Origin: Macrostomum lignano
Lineage: Eukaryota
Length of the DNA stretch: 44,922 nt
Assembly (NCBI GenBank): GCA_002269645.1
Contig: NIVC01003298.1
Span: forward strand, 1-44,922
Direction: 5' to 3'
Of this stretch, positions 8,820-20,812 are shown one piece after another. A program made the position numbers and the translations under genes. Position 1 is the first letter of the stretch. The number at the start of each line of letters is the position of its first letter. Under the pieces are notes generated by a model, which was not told the origin of the DNA, did not search any database, and was given only the letters and a program-made list of their open reading frames with translations.

Positions 8820-11800
8820 ATGAAGCGGAGCCGGTGGCAACTGGCCGTGCTGCATCTGCTGCTGACCCTGATGGGTGAGTGGGTGAGCTGGCTCTGATTC
8901 ATGCCTTCGGAATGAGTTGGGAAGGAGAAAGAGACTAAGAGTAGATGTTATAGTAGTGAGAGGAGTAGGGAAATAAATAGACGGAGGAGTAGGGGCAGGA
9001 GTAGAAGGGAGAACAAGTTAGGGGAGAAGTAGATGGAGAAATAGATGGAGAAGTAGAGAGAAGTCGAGGGAAAAGTAAAGAGAAGGAAGAAAATAGGAAA
9101 GAGACGTAAAAGTAGAAGTAGAAGTTAATATAGTAGAGGGTAGAGAGTAGAATAGTAATATAGTAGTAATAATAATAATATAGTAGAGAGTAGAAGTAGA
9201 TAGATGAGAAAGAGTAGCTAGAGTGGAGGGAGAAATAGATAAAATAGAAGGAGAAGTAGATAGAGTGGAGGGAGAAGTAGATAGAGTAGAAGGAGAAGTA
9301 GATAGAGTGGAGGGAGAAGTAGATAGAGTAGAAGGAGAAGTAGATAGAGTGGAGGGAGAAGTAGATAGAGTAGAAGGAGAAGTAGATAGAGTAGAAGGAG
9401 AAGTAGATAGAGTGGAGGGAGAAGTAGATAGAGTAGAAGGAGAAGTAGATAAAATAGAAGGAGAAGTAGATAGAGTGGAGGGAGAAGTAGATAGAGTAGA
9501 AGGAGAAGTAGATATAGTAGAAGGAGAAGTAGATAGAGTGGAGGGAGAAGTAGATAGAGTAGAAGGAGAAGTAGATAGAGTGGAGGGAGAAGTAGATAGA
9601 GTAGAAGGAGAAGTAGATAGAGTGGAGGGAGAAGTAGATAGAGTAGAAGGAGAAGGAGATAGAGTGGAGGGAGAAGTAGATAGAGTAGAAGGAGAAGTAG
9701 ATAGAGTGGAGGGGGAAGTAGATAGAGTGGAGGGGGAAGTAGATAGAGTGGAGGGAGAAGTAGAGGGAGTAGAGGGAGAAGTAGAGGGAGTAGAGGGAGA
9801 AGTAGAGGGAGTAGAAGGAGTAGATAGAGTAGAGGCAGAAGTAGATAGAGTAGAGGGAGACGTAGATAGAGTAGAGGGAGAAGTAGAGGGAGTAGAAGAA
9901 GTAGATAGAGTGGAGGCAGAAGTAGAGAGAGTAGAGATAGAAGTAGTGAGAGGCGGAAGGAGACGGGAAGACAAGAGTCAGTGACGTGAAGGAGAGGAGT
10001 GGTTAAGAAATCACGGGCTGTCCCCCAGTCCTATCTGATGATGTTATTTCTCGTACAAAATTAAGTCGGGCCGCGGGCACGGGCGGATGAAAAATGGGGC
10101 TGCCCGGAGTTCCCTCCAGCCACCACCTCGCGAGCTCAAAATTAATCATGGAATCTGCTTGGATGGACAAATGAGAGGGGGACAAGTAACATGTATATTC
10201 CTCGCACGAGAGAGTATTTGGGAATCTGATTAACATCATTTTTAAGACTAATATTAGATTCCCATATGCAGAGGTTTGCACCGTCTCAATGAGCCAGTGA
10301 TTGCAGTGCCAGTGACTGCCGCCTCATTATTGAATCGAATTGAATTCCAGGGCCAACAGAAAACAGTCCCGTGTAGAAGTTTCTTGTACACGTCCTGTAC
10401 TGCATATCCTGTAACTCGGTTCTTGTACCTCGGTTCTTGTACCTCGGTTCTTGTACCTCGGTTCTTGTACCTCGGTTCTTGTACCTCGGTTCTTGTACCT
10501 TGTTTCTTGTACCTCGTTTCTTGTACCTCGTTTCTTGTACCTCGTTTCTTGTACCTCGGTTCTTGTACCTCGGTTCTTGTACCTAGCCACCCAAATCAGG
10601 GTGCATCTAATGCCTTTCACCCTTACCTAGCAAACAATCGCATCTCACCGCAGGTGGCTGCCTCGCCAACCCGGATGCCAAGCGTCTCTACGATGATCTT
10701 CTAGTCAAGACAGACTACAACAAACTGATCAGGCCCGTGAATAACAACTCCAAGACTCTGACCGTCTATCTTGGCTTGAAACTGTCTCAACTCATAGACG
10801 TGGTGAGCTCGGATGGATGAGTCAATATAATAAGGCGAAAATTTTCCGGTGGGTTGTCGTTCGATTTACACCCATGAAGGCCGACCCCCAAGGCATACAG
10901 AGTTTACAGCCCTCCTGCGAGTATTGCTATGAAGGCAGTGTCACTAAATGCGTTGCTACCAGTATGCAGTGACGTTTGCGTCTGTTTGCTTCTAATAGGA
11001 CTGCCCAGAAGCTGAGCTCTCTGGTACTAAAATCGATAATGCATTGAATCCAAGAGAGAGAGGGGAAGCCGACACAAGGCAGAGGCGGCGACTTTGACCT
11101 CCTGTGCCCCAGCCGTCACTTGAACCTCTCTTTAGGGCCAATCAATACTTCAGGTGGGCGGTGACGGCAGCAGCCTTAGTGATATGCTGTCCTACAGGTT
11201 TCGGTAGCAGTGGGTGTTAATTGCCTAGGTATGAAACTACCTATGCTAGTGTGCGATAAAGTCCCTGAAATATTAATTCCAGATTAAACTGATCGACAGC
11301 AACTCGTTTCTTGATATCGACTAAGGTTAGCCAGAATAAGCCTGAGACAGACTGTTGTGTCAAATTTTAACTGCTAAATACATTTGTTGGAAATTAAGGC
11401 CAAAACCAGCTGCACTTCACACTTTGATGTGTACTCTGGTCGGGGAGGGTGTCCTGTGTTTGAGGAGGAGTGCCCTCTGTTCGAGGAAAGGTGTCCTGTG
11501 TTTGAGGAGGGGTGCCCTCTGTTCGAGGAAAGGTGTCCTGTGTTTGAGGAGGGGTGCCCTCTGTTCGAGGAAAGGTGTCCTGTGTTTGAGGAGGGGTGCC
11601 CTCTGTTCGAGGAAAGGTGTCCTGTGTTTGAGGAGGGGTGCCCTCTGTTCGAGGAAAGGTGTCCTGTGTTTGAGGAGGGGTGCCCTCTGTTTGAGGAGGG
11701 GTGTCCTCTTTTTGAGGAGGGGTGTCCTGTGTTTGAGGAGGAATGTCCTCTGTTGAGGAGGGGTTTTCGATGTTTGAGGAGAGGTGTCCTGTGTTTGAGG

Positions 11801-14800
11801 AAAGGTGTCCTCTGTTTGAGGAGAGGTGTCCTGTGTTTGAGGAGAGGTGTCCTGTGTTTGAGGAAAGGTGTCCTCTGTTTGAGGAGAGGTGTCCTGTGTT
11901 TGAGGAAAGGTGTCCTGTGTTTGAGGAAAGGTGTCCTCTGTTTGAGGAGAGGTGTCCTGTGTTTGAGGAGGGGTGTCCTCTGTTTGAGGAGGGGTGTCCT
12001 CTGTTTGAGGAGGGGTGTCCTGTGTTTGAGGAGGGGTGTCCTCTGTTCGAGGAAAGGTGTCCTCTGTTTGAGGAGGGGTATCCTCTGTTTGAGGAGAGGT
12101 ATCCTGTGTTTGAGGAGAGGTGTCTGCTCCTTAATTGAGTTTTTAACGGGCTCCAAATTTGTTAATTTTCAGGACGAGAAGAACCAGATCATGACCACAA
12201 ATGTTTGGCTAAGAGAGGTCAGTGTCCCACCGCTCGTTTATTGATTTCTGTTGCTTTTGCTCTTTGCAAAGTCTCAAACATACACGATGCTCAATCGCAT
12301 TCAGGTGTGGTATGACAGCAAACTAACGTGGGATCCAGCAAAGTACCACGGAGTGAGCACACTCTACATTCCGTCTGAGCACATCTGGTTGCCGGATATT
12401 GTGCTGTACAACAAGTGAGGATTATATGATGCGGTTGACCATTCAGAGACTATAGAATGCCCCTAAACTGCTTCCCCTTCCAATTCACCCCTTCTCCCTC
12501 TCACCCTCCCTCTTACCTTCTCCCTCTCACCCTCCCTCTTACCTTCTCCCTCTTACTCTCCCTCTTACCTTCTCCTTCTCACTCTCCCTCTTACCTTCTC
12601 CCTCTCACTCTCCCTCTTACCTTCTCCCTCTCACTCTCCCTCTTACCTTCTCCCTTCTCACTCTCCCTCTTACCTTCTCCTTCTCATTCCCCCTCTTACC
12701 TTCTCCCTCTCACTCTCCCTCTTACCTTCTCCCTCTCACTCTCCCTCTTACCTTCTCCCTTCTCACTCTCCCTCTTACCTTCTCCTTCTCATTCCCCCTC
12801 TTACCTTCTCCCCTCTCACTCTCCCTCTTACCTTCTCCCTCTCACTCTCCCTCTTACCTTCTCCTTCTCACTCTCCCTCTTACCTTCTCCTTCTCATTCC
12901 CCCTCTTACCTTCTCCCCTCTCACTCTCCCTCTCTTATCTTCTCCCTCTCACTCTCCCTCTCCCCTGACACTCTCCATCTCCCTCTCACTCTACCCTATC
13001 CCTCTCACCTGCAGTTATCAGCTGTCACACCCTTAAGACTATCCCTATCTGCACACAGTTAGCATGCAGCTTACTCATCTTTCAGATTATTTAGCACACG
13101 TTAACAATTGTCTGTCACATAAAATTTGAACAGCGCCGACGGCAACTACGAGGTGACGCTCATGACGAAGGCGTCACTGAAAAGTACAGGAAAAATTCTA
13201 TGGGAGCCGCCGGCCATCTATAAATCCTCCTGCCAAATTGATGTGGAGTTTTTCCCATTCGACAGCCAGGAGTGCACGATGAAGTTTGGCAGCTGGACAT
13301 ACGACGGATTGCAGGTTTCTACTGAGATATGCAAAATAACAAATTCTCTCTCTTCTCTCTCTCTTCACTCTCTCTTCTCTCTCCCTTCCCCCGACCTCTC
13401 TCTCCCTTCTCTCTCCTTTCTCTCTCCCTTCTCTCTCCTTTCTCTCTCCCTTCCCCTGACTTCTCTCTCCCTTCTCTCTCCCTTCTCTCCCCCTTCTCTC
13501 TCCCTTCTCTCTCCCTTCTCTCTCCCTTCCCTCTCCCTTCTCTCTCCCTTCAGTCTCTCCCTTTACTCTCTCCCTTTCCTCTCCCTTCTCTCTCCTTTCT
13601 TTCTCCCTTCTCTCTCCCTTCTCTCCCCCTTCCCTCTCCCTTCTCTCTCCCTTCACTCTCCCTTCTCTCTCCCTTCAGTCTCTCCCTTTACTATCTCCCT
13701 TTCCTCTCCCTTCTCTCTCCCTTCCCTCTCCCTTCTCTCTCCCTTCCCTCTCCCTTCTCTCTCCCTTCAGTCTCTCCCTTTACTCTCTCCCTTTCCTCTC
13801 CCTTCTCTCTCCTTTCTTTCTCCCTTCTCTCTCCCTTCTCTCTCTCCCTTCCTTCTCCCTTCTCTCTCCCTTCACTCTCCCTTCTCTCTCCCTTCAGTCT
13901 CTCCCTTTACTCTCTCCCTTTCCTCTCCCTTGTCTATCCTTTCATCCTCTCCCTTACCTTTCCTCAATTTCTTAGTATTTTCTTCCCTGTCCTGTGCCAC
14001 ACGAGTACAATATTGCGCCTTGTCTCTGGTCCAACTAACCGCATTTTTAATGCATGACAGCTGAAATTTGCAAGTTAAATATTTTTGACCATCTCAGCAT
14101 CCTGATCTCTTCTCCTTATGTTCTCGCCATTGCCCAAAGAAAGTTTCATTCGCATATTTGCCAGCAAAGTCCAATTCAGGACTCGAGAAGCTTCAAGCCT
14201 CTTATCTCACTCTTGGGTCCCTGGTTTCCACCCAGCCTCTTCATCTTGACGCCTGAAAGCCCCTCGCACTCGGCACAGAAGCAGATAAAAAACTTCTCCC
14301 TTTCAGCTCGCTTTCAATTATCCCCTGGGCGAAGAAAGCGCTTGATTTTTCACGCCAGCCTCGGCTTGACGAGCTCGGGTCTTCATTTCACCTAGCCTAC
14401 TGATCGCACTCAATAATAACTACTAGCAGTAGTGCAATGCATGTATGCCTTAGATTCACTCTAAAAAATCAATATTGAACATTTTTATCGTACGCTTAGC
14501 GTAGATTTATGATTTAATTAATTATCAGAGGGCGCTGACCAATTTCATTCAAAACACATCAAAGGGCGCCGAACAAACAGTCTCTATTCTGACACCAAAG
14601 GGTGCCGACCAATCTCTCTCAAAGCATATCAAAGGGCGCCGAACAGTCTCTCTTATGAAATTAAAGGGCGCCGCACAATCTCTCGTATGAAATCAAAAGG
14701 CGCCGGCACAATCTCTCGTATGAAATCAAAAGGCGCCGGCACAATCTCTCGTATTACATCAAAGGACACAGAACAATCTCCCCCAAAGCACATTAAAGAG

Positions 14801-17800
14801 CGCCGACCAATTTCTCTCAAAGCACATCAAAGGGCACCGACCAAGCTCCCTCAAAGCACATCAAAGGGCGCCGACCAAGCTCTCTCAAAGCACATCAAAG
14901 GGCGCCGACCAATCTCTCTCAAAGCACATCAAAGGGCGCCGACCAAGCTCTCTCAAAGCACATCAAAGGGCGCCGACCAATCTCTCTCAAAGCACATCAA
15001 AGGGCGCCGACCAATCTCTCTCAAAGCACATCAAAGGGCGCCGACCAATCTCTCTCAAAGCACATCAAAGGGCGCCGACCAATCTCTCTCAAAGCACATC
15101 AAAGGGCGCCGACCAATCTCTCTCAAAGCACATCAAAGGGCGCCGACCAATCTCTCTCAAAGCACATCAAAGGACGCCGACCAATCTCCTTCAAACACCT
15201 CTCTTCCCAGGTGGACCTTCGCCACATTCAGCAGGCCAACACCAGCCAATGGGAGGTGGACTACGGCATCGATCTGGAGACCTTCTACGAGTCCACCGAG
15301 TGGGACGTGATGCGAGTGCCAGCCAGGCGGAACGAGAAGACCTACCCCTGCTGTCCGGAGCCGTACCCGGACATCACCTTTACCATCGTGCTGCGCCGCA
15401 AGACCCTATTCTACACCGTGAACCTCATCATTCCCTGCGTCGCCATCAGCTTCCTAACCGTGATGGTGTTCTACCTGCCATCCGACAGCGGCGAAAAGAT
15501 CACCCTGTGCATCTCCATCCTGCTGGCTCTCACCGTGTTCTTCCTTCTGCTGGCAGAGACAATACCGCCAACATCGCTTGTTGTGCCTCTGATTGGCAAG
15601 TACCTGCTGTTCACCATGATTCTCGTCACCTTGTCGATTGTAGTCACTGTGGTGGTGCTCAACGTGCACTTCCGGGGTCCCAGCACCCACCGGATGGCGC
15701 CCTGGGTGCGGCGACTCTTTCTTGAGTCACTGCCTGAGCTGCTGCTGATGCCGAGGCCCAGCATGCATGAGGTGAGTAACTTGAGCTCTAGGCTTCTCAC
15801 TGTGGCTTCTATACTGTGGCTTCTCACTGTGGCTTCTCACTGCGGCTTCTCCCTCACTGTGGCTTCTCACTGTGGCTTCTATACTGTGGCTTCTCACTGC
15901 GGCTTCTATACTGTAACTTCTCACTGTGGCTTCTCCCTCACTGTGGCTTCTCACTGTGGCTTCTCAATGCATCTACTCGTAGCTCGTAAACAGTGTGGCT
16001 TTTAAGATTAGCGTCTGATGAAATTGCATGAGACATTTAATATCGTAAATGTATTTGAAAAAACTCAAACAACACAAAAAATAGAAGTTACTACTTCTCT
16101 ACTGACAGTAGAGTAATCAGCCTAGTCTAAATATTTCTCGTTCAACTTCAAATAGCTCGATTGACCATTTTGTTAAAAATAACGCAGCGCCTGCAAGACC
16201 TCGGCCGAGCCACCCTCAACCGAAGTCGGGCGTCCGTGCCGCAGTCTCCGCCTCCAGCAACGTGGCATCAGCAGCAGCAGCAGCAGCAGCAGCCGCTCCT
16301 GCACAGCTCCGGCGAGCAGCGACCGGATGCAGCATCAGCCGGGACGTCCCCGGAGGTTGGCCGACGACGCCGTCTGGCCAGGGACCTGGAGGTGCTGCTG
16401 CTGAACTCCAGCGACGAGGCGCAGAATTCGCGGAATATGGCTGCCGCGGCAGCTGCCAGTTCAGCGTCCGGGCAGAAGCAGCCGCGCTTCAAGCGGGATG
16501 TCCATGCCGCTCTGGACGGCGTCGAGTTCATCGCGCGTCACCTGAAGCAGGACGATGTAGAGAAGAGTGTGAGAAGACACATTTCACATCATATCGGGTG
16601 CAATAGAAACATTGAGACACATTGCACATGATAACAGGAGAGACATTGAGACACATTACACATGATAACAGGAGAGACATTGAGACACATTACACATGAT
16701 AACAGGAGAGACATTGAGACACATTACACATGATAACAGGAGAGACATTGAGACACATTACACATGATAACAGGAGAGACATTGAGGCACATCGTACATG
16801 ATAACAGGAGAGACATTGAGACACATTGCACATGATAACAGGAGAGACATTGAGACACATTACACATGATAACAGGAGAGACATTGAGACACATTGCACA
16901 TGATAACAGGAGAGACATTGAGACACATTGCACATGATAACAGGAGAGACATTGAGACACATTGCACATGATAACAGGAGAGACATTGAGACACATTGCA
17001 CATGATAACAAGAGAGACATTGAGATACATTGTACGTGACAACAGGAGAGACATTGAGACACATTACACATGATAACAGGAGAGACATTGAGGCACATCG
17101 TACATGATAACAGGAGAGACATTGAGACACATTGCACATGATAACAGGAGAGACATTGAGACACATTGCACATGATAACAGGAGAGACATTGAGACACAT
17201 TGCACATGATAACAGGAGAGACATTGAGACACATTGCACATGATAACAAGAGAGACATTGAGATACATTGTACGTGACAACAGGAGAGACATTGAGACAC
17301 ATTGCACATGATAATGGGAGAGATATTGAGACACATTGCACATGATAATGGGAGAGACATTGAGACACATTGCACATGATAATGGGAGAGATATTGAGAC
17401 ACATTGCACATGATAATGGGAGAGATATTGAGACACATTGCACATGATAATGGGAGAGATATTGAGACACATTACACATGCTATCGATGATCATGGAGAC
17501 GCATTTTCTATAGTCAAATTTATTAGACAAAGGTGATTTATGATCAATTATTTCAGATCAAAGAGGACTGGAAGTTCGTTGCCATGGTGCTTGACAGGCT
17601 GTTTCTTTGGATTTTCTCAATCGCTTGCATTCTAGGTGAGTGGGAGAACCGACTGCTTAGTAAGACAGTCCTTGAAGCAGAAAGATGAGCTGCATTCTAA
17701 ACCTGAAAATTGCAGGCACAATCGGGATCATCCTGCAGGCGCCTTCCCTATACGATGGCAACCTACCCATTGATTTGAAGAATTTGTCTCACCTGTCTGA

Positions 17801-17825
17801 GCAGAGCATTCTCAACGAGATTTGA
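8820..17825 (+). CDS. nAChRalpha: Nicotinic acetylcholine receptor alpha subunit (cation-selective), 9 exons, 556 aa
   Basis: Exons 8820-8874, 10654-10802, 12173-12217, 12305-12414, 13134-13314, 15211-15771, 16188-16568, 17557-17635, 17716-17825 (1671 nt, all GT-AG, phases consistent). Signal peptide, [25 protein letters not shown], Cys-loop [20 protein letters not shown], loop C YPCC..PYPD, TM1-3 with GEKITL, TM4 region [18 protein letters not shown]; AATAAA at 18060. Confidence 0.96.
8925..9960. repeat. Purine-rich tract with 21-bp minisatellite GAGGGAGAAGTAGATAGAGTA (nAChR intron 1)
   Basis: Regular units from ~9220 to 9945; source of the spurious VEGEVDR / STSPSTL ORFs. Confidence 0.93.
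10415..10582. repeat. 14-bp minisatellite CTCGGTTCTTGTAC, ~12 copies (intron 1)
   Basis: Directly visible. Confidence 0.93.
11445..12125. repeat. 21-bp minisatellite GAGGAGAGGTGTCCTGTGTTT (intron 2)
   Basis: Directly visible; ends ~50 bp before the exon 3 acceptor. Confidence 0.94.
12485..12970. repeat. Pyrimidine-rich tandem repeat (CTCTCCCTCTTACCTTCTCC-type; intron 4)
   Basis: Directly visible. Confidence 0.9.
13345..13935. repeat. Pyrimidine-rich tandem repeat (CTCTCTCCCTT-type; intron 5)
   Basis: Directly visible. Confidence 0.9.
14530..15195. repeat. 34-bp minisatellite CAAAGGGCGCCGACCAATCTCTCTCAAAGCACAT (intron 5)
   Basis: Degenerate at left, homogeneous at right, runs up to the exon 6 acceptor. 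Confidence 0.93.
15790..16003. repeat. Irregular CTCACTGTGGCTT tandem repeat (intron 6)
   Basis: Directly visible, begins ~20 bp after the donor. Confidence 0.85.
16580..17480. repeat. 34-bp minisatellite ACACATTGCACATGATAACAGGAGAGACATTGAG (intron 7)
   Basis: About 26 copies; source of the spurious Cys-rich ORFs. Confidence 0.95.
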
Positions 17826-18264
17826 GAACTGATCAGGCGTGCATCATTGTTGTCTCCCTGCTCACTGCTATGTTTTGTTTAGAGTAGAAGTTCGAAGTTA
17901 TGCCACAGTTTTTCATTTTGTTGAAGATGCTAACGGCTGGTGATGGACGGGAGTACTGCACCTTATTCGGGTTTGGAGTACCTGTTTGACCTTCCCGCGT
18001 TCCTGCTGTATAAAGTACATCCGCCTACTGCAAGTAGCTTTCCTTGAATGAAACAAAAAAATAAAAGAAGACAACAAAATTTAATGCTTTTTTCTGTTGG
18101 TCTTTATATCACCAGATGGTCAATGTACTTTTTTAATATTTTAAAACTTTTTTATTATTTAACCAACAAATCTGCAGATGCTAGCAGCCCTTCCTGGTCT
18201 TTTTCTGGTATTTTTGTGCAACTACGTTTATGATTAGGCTTCAAAACTAATTTTATGATTGACT

Positions 18265-18405
18265 GCTCAGCACTCAGACAGCCAGCAATCAGACACTCAG
18301 CAATCAGACACCCAGCACTCAGACACTCAGCACTCAGACACTCAGCAATCAGCACCCAGCACTCAGACACTCAGCACTCAGACACTCAGCAATCAGCACC
18401 CAGCA
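18265..18405. repeat. Short CAGCACTCAGACACT-type tandem repeat
   Basis: Directly visible. Confidence 0.8.
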
Positions 18406-18409
18406 AACC

Positions 18410-19130
18410 TGAGACTGCGAGAGTCAGAGATCTCAGCATGAGATGGCAAGAGACACTGAGAGAGTCAGAGATCTCAGCATGAGATAGCAGTGAGACACTG
18501 CGAGAGTCAGAGATCTCAGCATGAGATAGCAGTGAGACACTGCGAGAGTCAGAGATCTCAGCATGAGATAGCAGTGAGACACTGAGAGAGTCAGAGATCT
18601 CAGCATGAGATGGCAGTGAGACACTGAGAGAGTCAGAGATCTCAGCATGAGATGGCAGTGAGACACTGAGAGAGTCAGAGATCTCAGCATGAGATGGCAG
18701 TGAGACACTGAGGGAGTCAGAGATCTCAGCATGAGATGGCAGTGAGACACTGAGAGAGTCAGAGATCTCAGCATGAGATGGCAGTGAGACACTGAGGGAG
18801 TCAGAGATCTCAGCATGAGATGGCAGTGAGACACTGAGAGAGTCAGAGATCTCAGCATGAGATGGCAGTGAGACACTGAGGGAGTAAGAGATCTCAGCAT
18901 GAGATGGCAGTGAGACACTGAGAGAGTCAGAGATCTCAGCATGAGATGGCAGTGAGACACTGAGAGAGTCAGAGATCTCAGCATGAGATGGCAGTGAGAC
19001 ACTGAGAGAGTCAGAGATCTCAGCATGAGATGGCAGTGAGACACTGAGAGAGTCAGAGATCTCAGCATGAGATAGCAGTGAGACACTGAGAGAGTCAGAG
19101 ATCTCAGCATGAGATGGCATGAGACACTGA
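18410..19130. repeat. 42-bp minisatellite GAGAGTCAGAGATCTCAGCATGAGATGGCAGTGAGACACTGA, ~17 copies, internally palindromic
   Basis: Directly visible. Confidence 0.95.
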
Positions 19131-19269
19131 GAATTGAAGCCATTGCAAAAGATTAATGTTTAATGTTTAATGTTTATTGGGCGGAGACTGCGCGATCTGA
19201 GCAGAGATCTGATGACGAAATGGGGAAGCTGAGATGAGCTGGGATTCGTGGAGAAGGCACGAGAAGAGC

Positions 19270-19512
19270 AATGAGAAAACATGAGAAAAGCCATGGGACT
19301 ACACGAGTAAATCCATGAGAAGATACAAGAAAAATCCTTGAGAAGACACGAGAAAAGCCATGAGAAAAGCCATGAGACGGCATGAGAAAAGCCATGAGAA
19401 GACATGGGAAAAGCCATGAGAAAACATGATAAAAGCCTTGAGAAGACATGAGAAAAGCCACGAGAAGACATGAGAAAGGCTATGAGAAGACATGAGAAAA
19501 GCCATGAGAAGA
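19270..19512. repeat. Irregular CATGAGAAAAGC/CATGAGAAGA tandem repeat
   Basis: Directly visible. Confidence 0.8.
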
Positions 19513-19779
19513 CGCGACAGCTCAGGGTTACGAATAAATTGATGTTCATAGAAGATATTTATGCAACGGAAATGTACATTTCAAAGAGCTGGAGTTAAAA
19601 ATTTTGCTGCCGTGAGACACACTCATTAATATTTAATTAGCGGTCAGAGTATTCACACTATTAAGCAACAACAGAAACAAATAAGCATATTTTACATCAT
19701 TTAACACTGCTTGAGTTCTAGTGCAAAATCTGAAAACAAACCGATAACAACTTAATGATGCTATGTCTCTGGAAATGAT

Positions 19780-19872
19780 ACTCTGTCTCATTGTGTCTCA
19801 CTCTGTCTCATTGTGTCTCACCCTGTCTCATTGTGTCTCACCCTGTCTCATTGTGTCTTACTCTGTCTCACT
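19780..19872. repeat. 20-bp repeat CTCTGTCTCATTGTGTCTCA, ~4 copies
   Basis: Directly visible. Confidence 0.8.
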
Positions 19873-19926
19873 CTATCTTAATTTAATTGATTGTATCATT
19901 TTCTTAATTTTATCAATAGTGATTCG

Positions 19927-20812
19927 TGTAGATAGATCACTCCCAGAGTAGATAGATCGCTCCCAGAGTAGTTAGATCACTCCCAGTGTAGATAGATCAC
20001 TCCCAAAGTAGATAGATCACTCCCAGAGTAGATAGATCGCTCCCAGAGTAGTTAGATCACTCCCAGTGTAGATAGATCACTCCCAAAGTAGATAGATTAC
20101 TCCCAAAGTAGATAGATCACTCCCACGTTTGATAATCGTTCTGACAGTAGATAAATCACTCCCAGGATAGATAGATCACTCCCAGAGTAGATAGATCACC
20201 CTCAGAGTAGATAGATCACTCCCAGAGTAGATAGATCACTCCCAAAGTAGATAGATCACTCCCAGAGTAGATAGATCACTCCCAAAGTAGATAGATCACT
20301 CCCAGAGTAGATAGATCACCCTCAGAGTAGATAGATCACTCCCAGAGTAGATAGATCACTCCCAAAGTAGATAGATTACTCCCAAAGTAGATAGATCACT
20401 CCCACGTTTGATAATCGTTCTGACAGTAGATAAATCACTCCCAGGATAGATAGATCACTCCCAGAGTAGATAGATCACCCTCAGAGTAGATAGATCACTC
20501 CCAGAGTAGATAGATCACTCCCAGAGTAGATAGATCACTCCCAGAGTAGATAGATCACTCCCAAAGTAGATAGATCACTCCCAGAGTAGATAGATCACCC
20601 TCAGAGTAGATAGATCACTCCCAAAGTAGATAGATCACTCCCAGAGTAGATAGATCACCCTCAGAGTAGATAGATCACTCCCAGAGTAGATAGATCACTC
20701 CCAGAGTAGATAGATCACTCCCAGAGTAGATAGATCACTCCCAGAGCAGTTAGATCACTCCCAGAGTCAGTAGATCATTCTCAGAATAGATAGATCACTC
20801 ACCAAAGTAGAT
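19927..20812. repeat. 20-bp minisatellite GTAGATAGATCACTCCCAGA with a 279-bp internal block duplication
   Basis: The interruption TCCCACGTTTGATAATCGTTCTGACAG occurs at 20121 and 20400. Confidence 0.94.
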
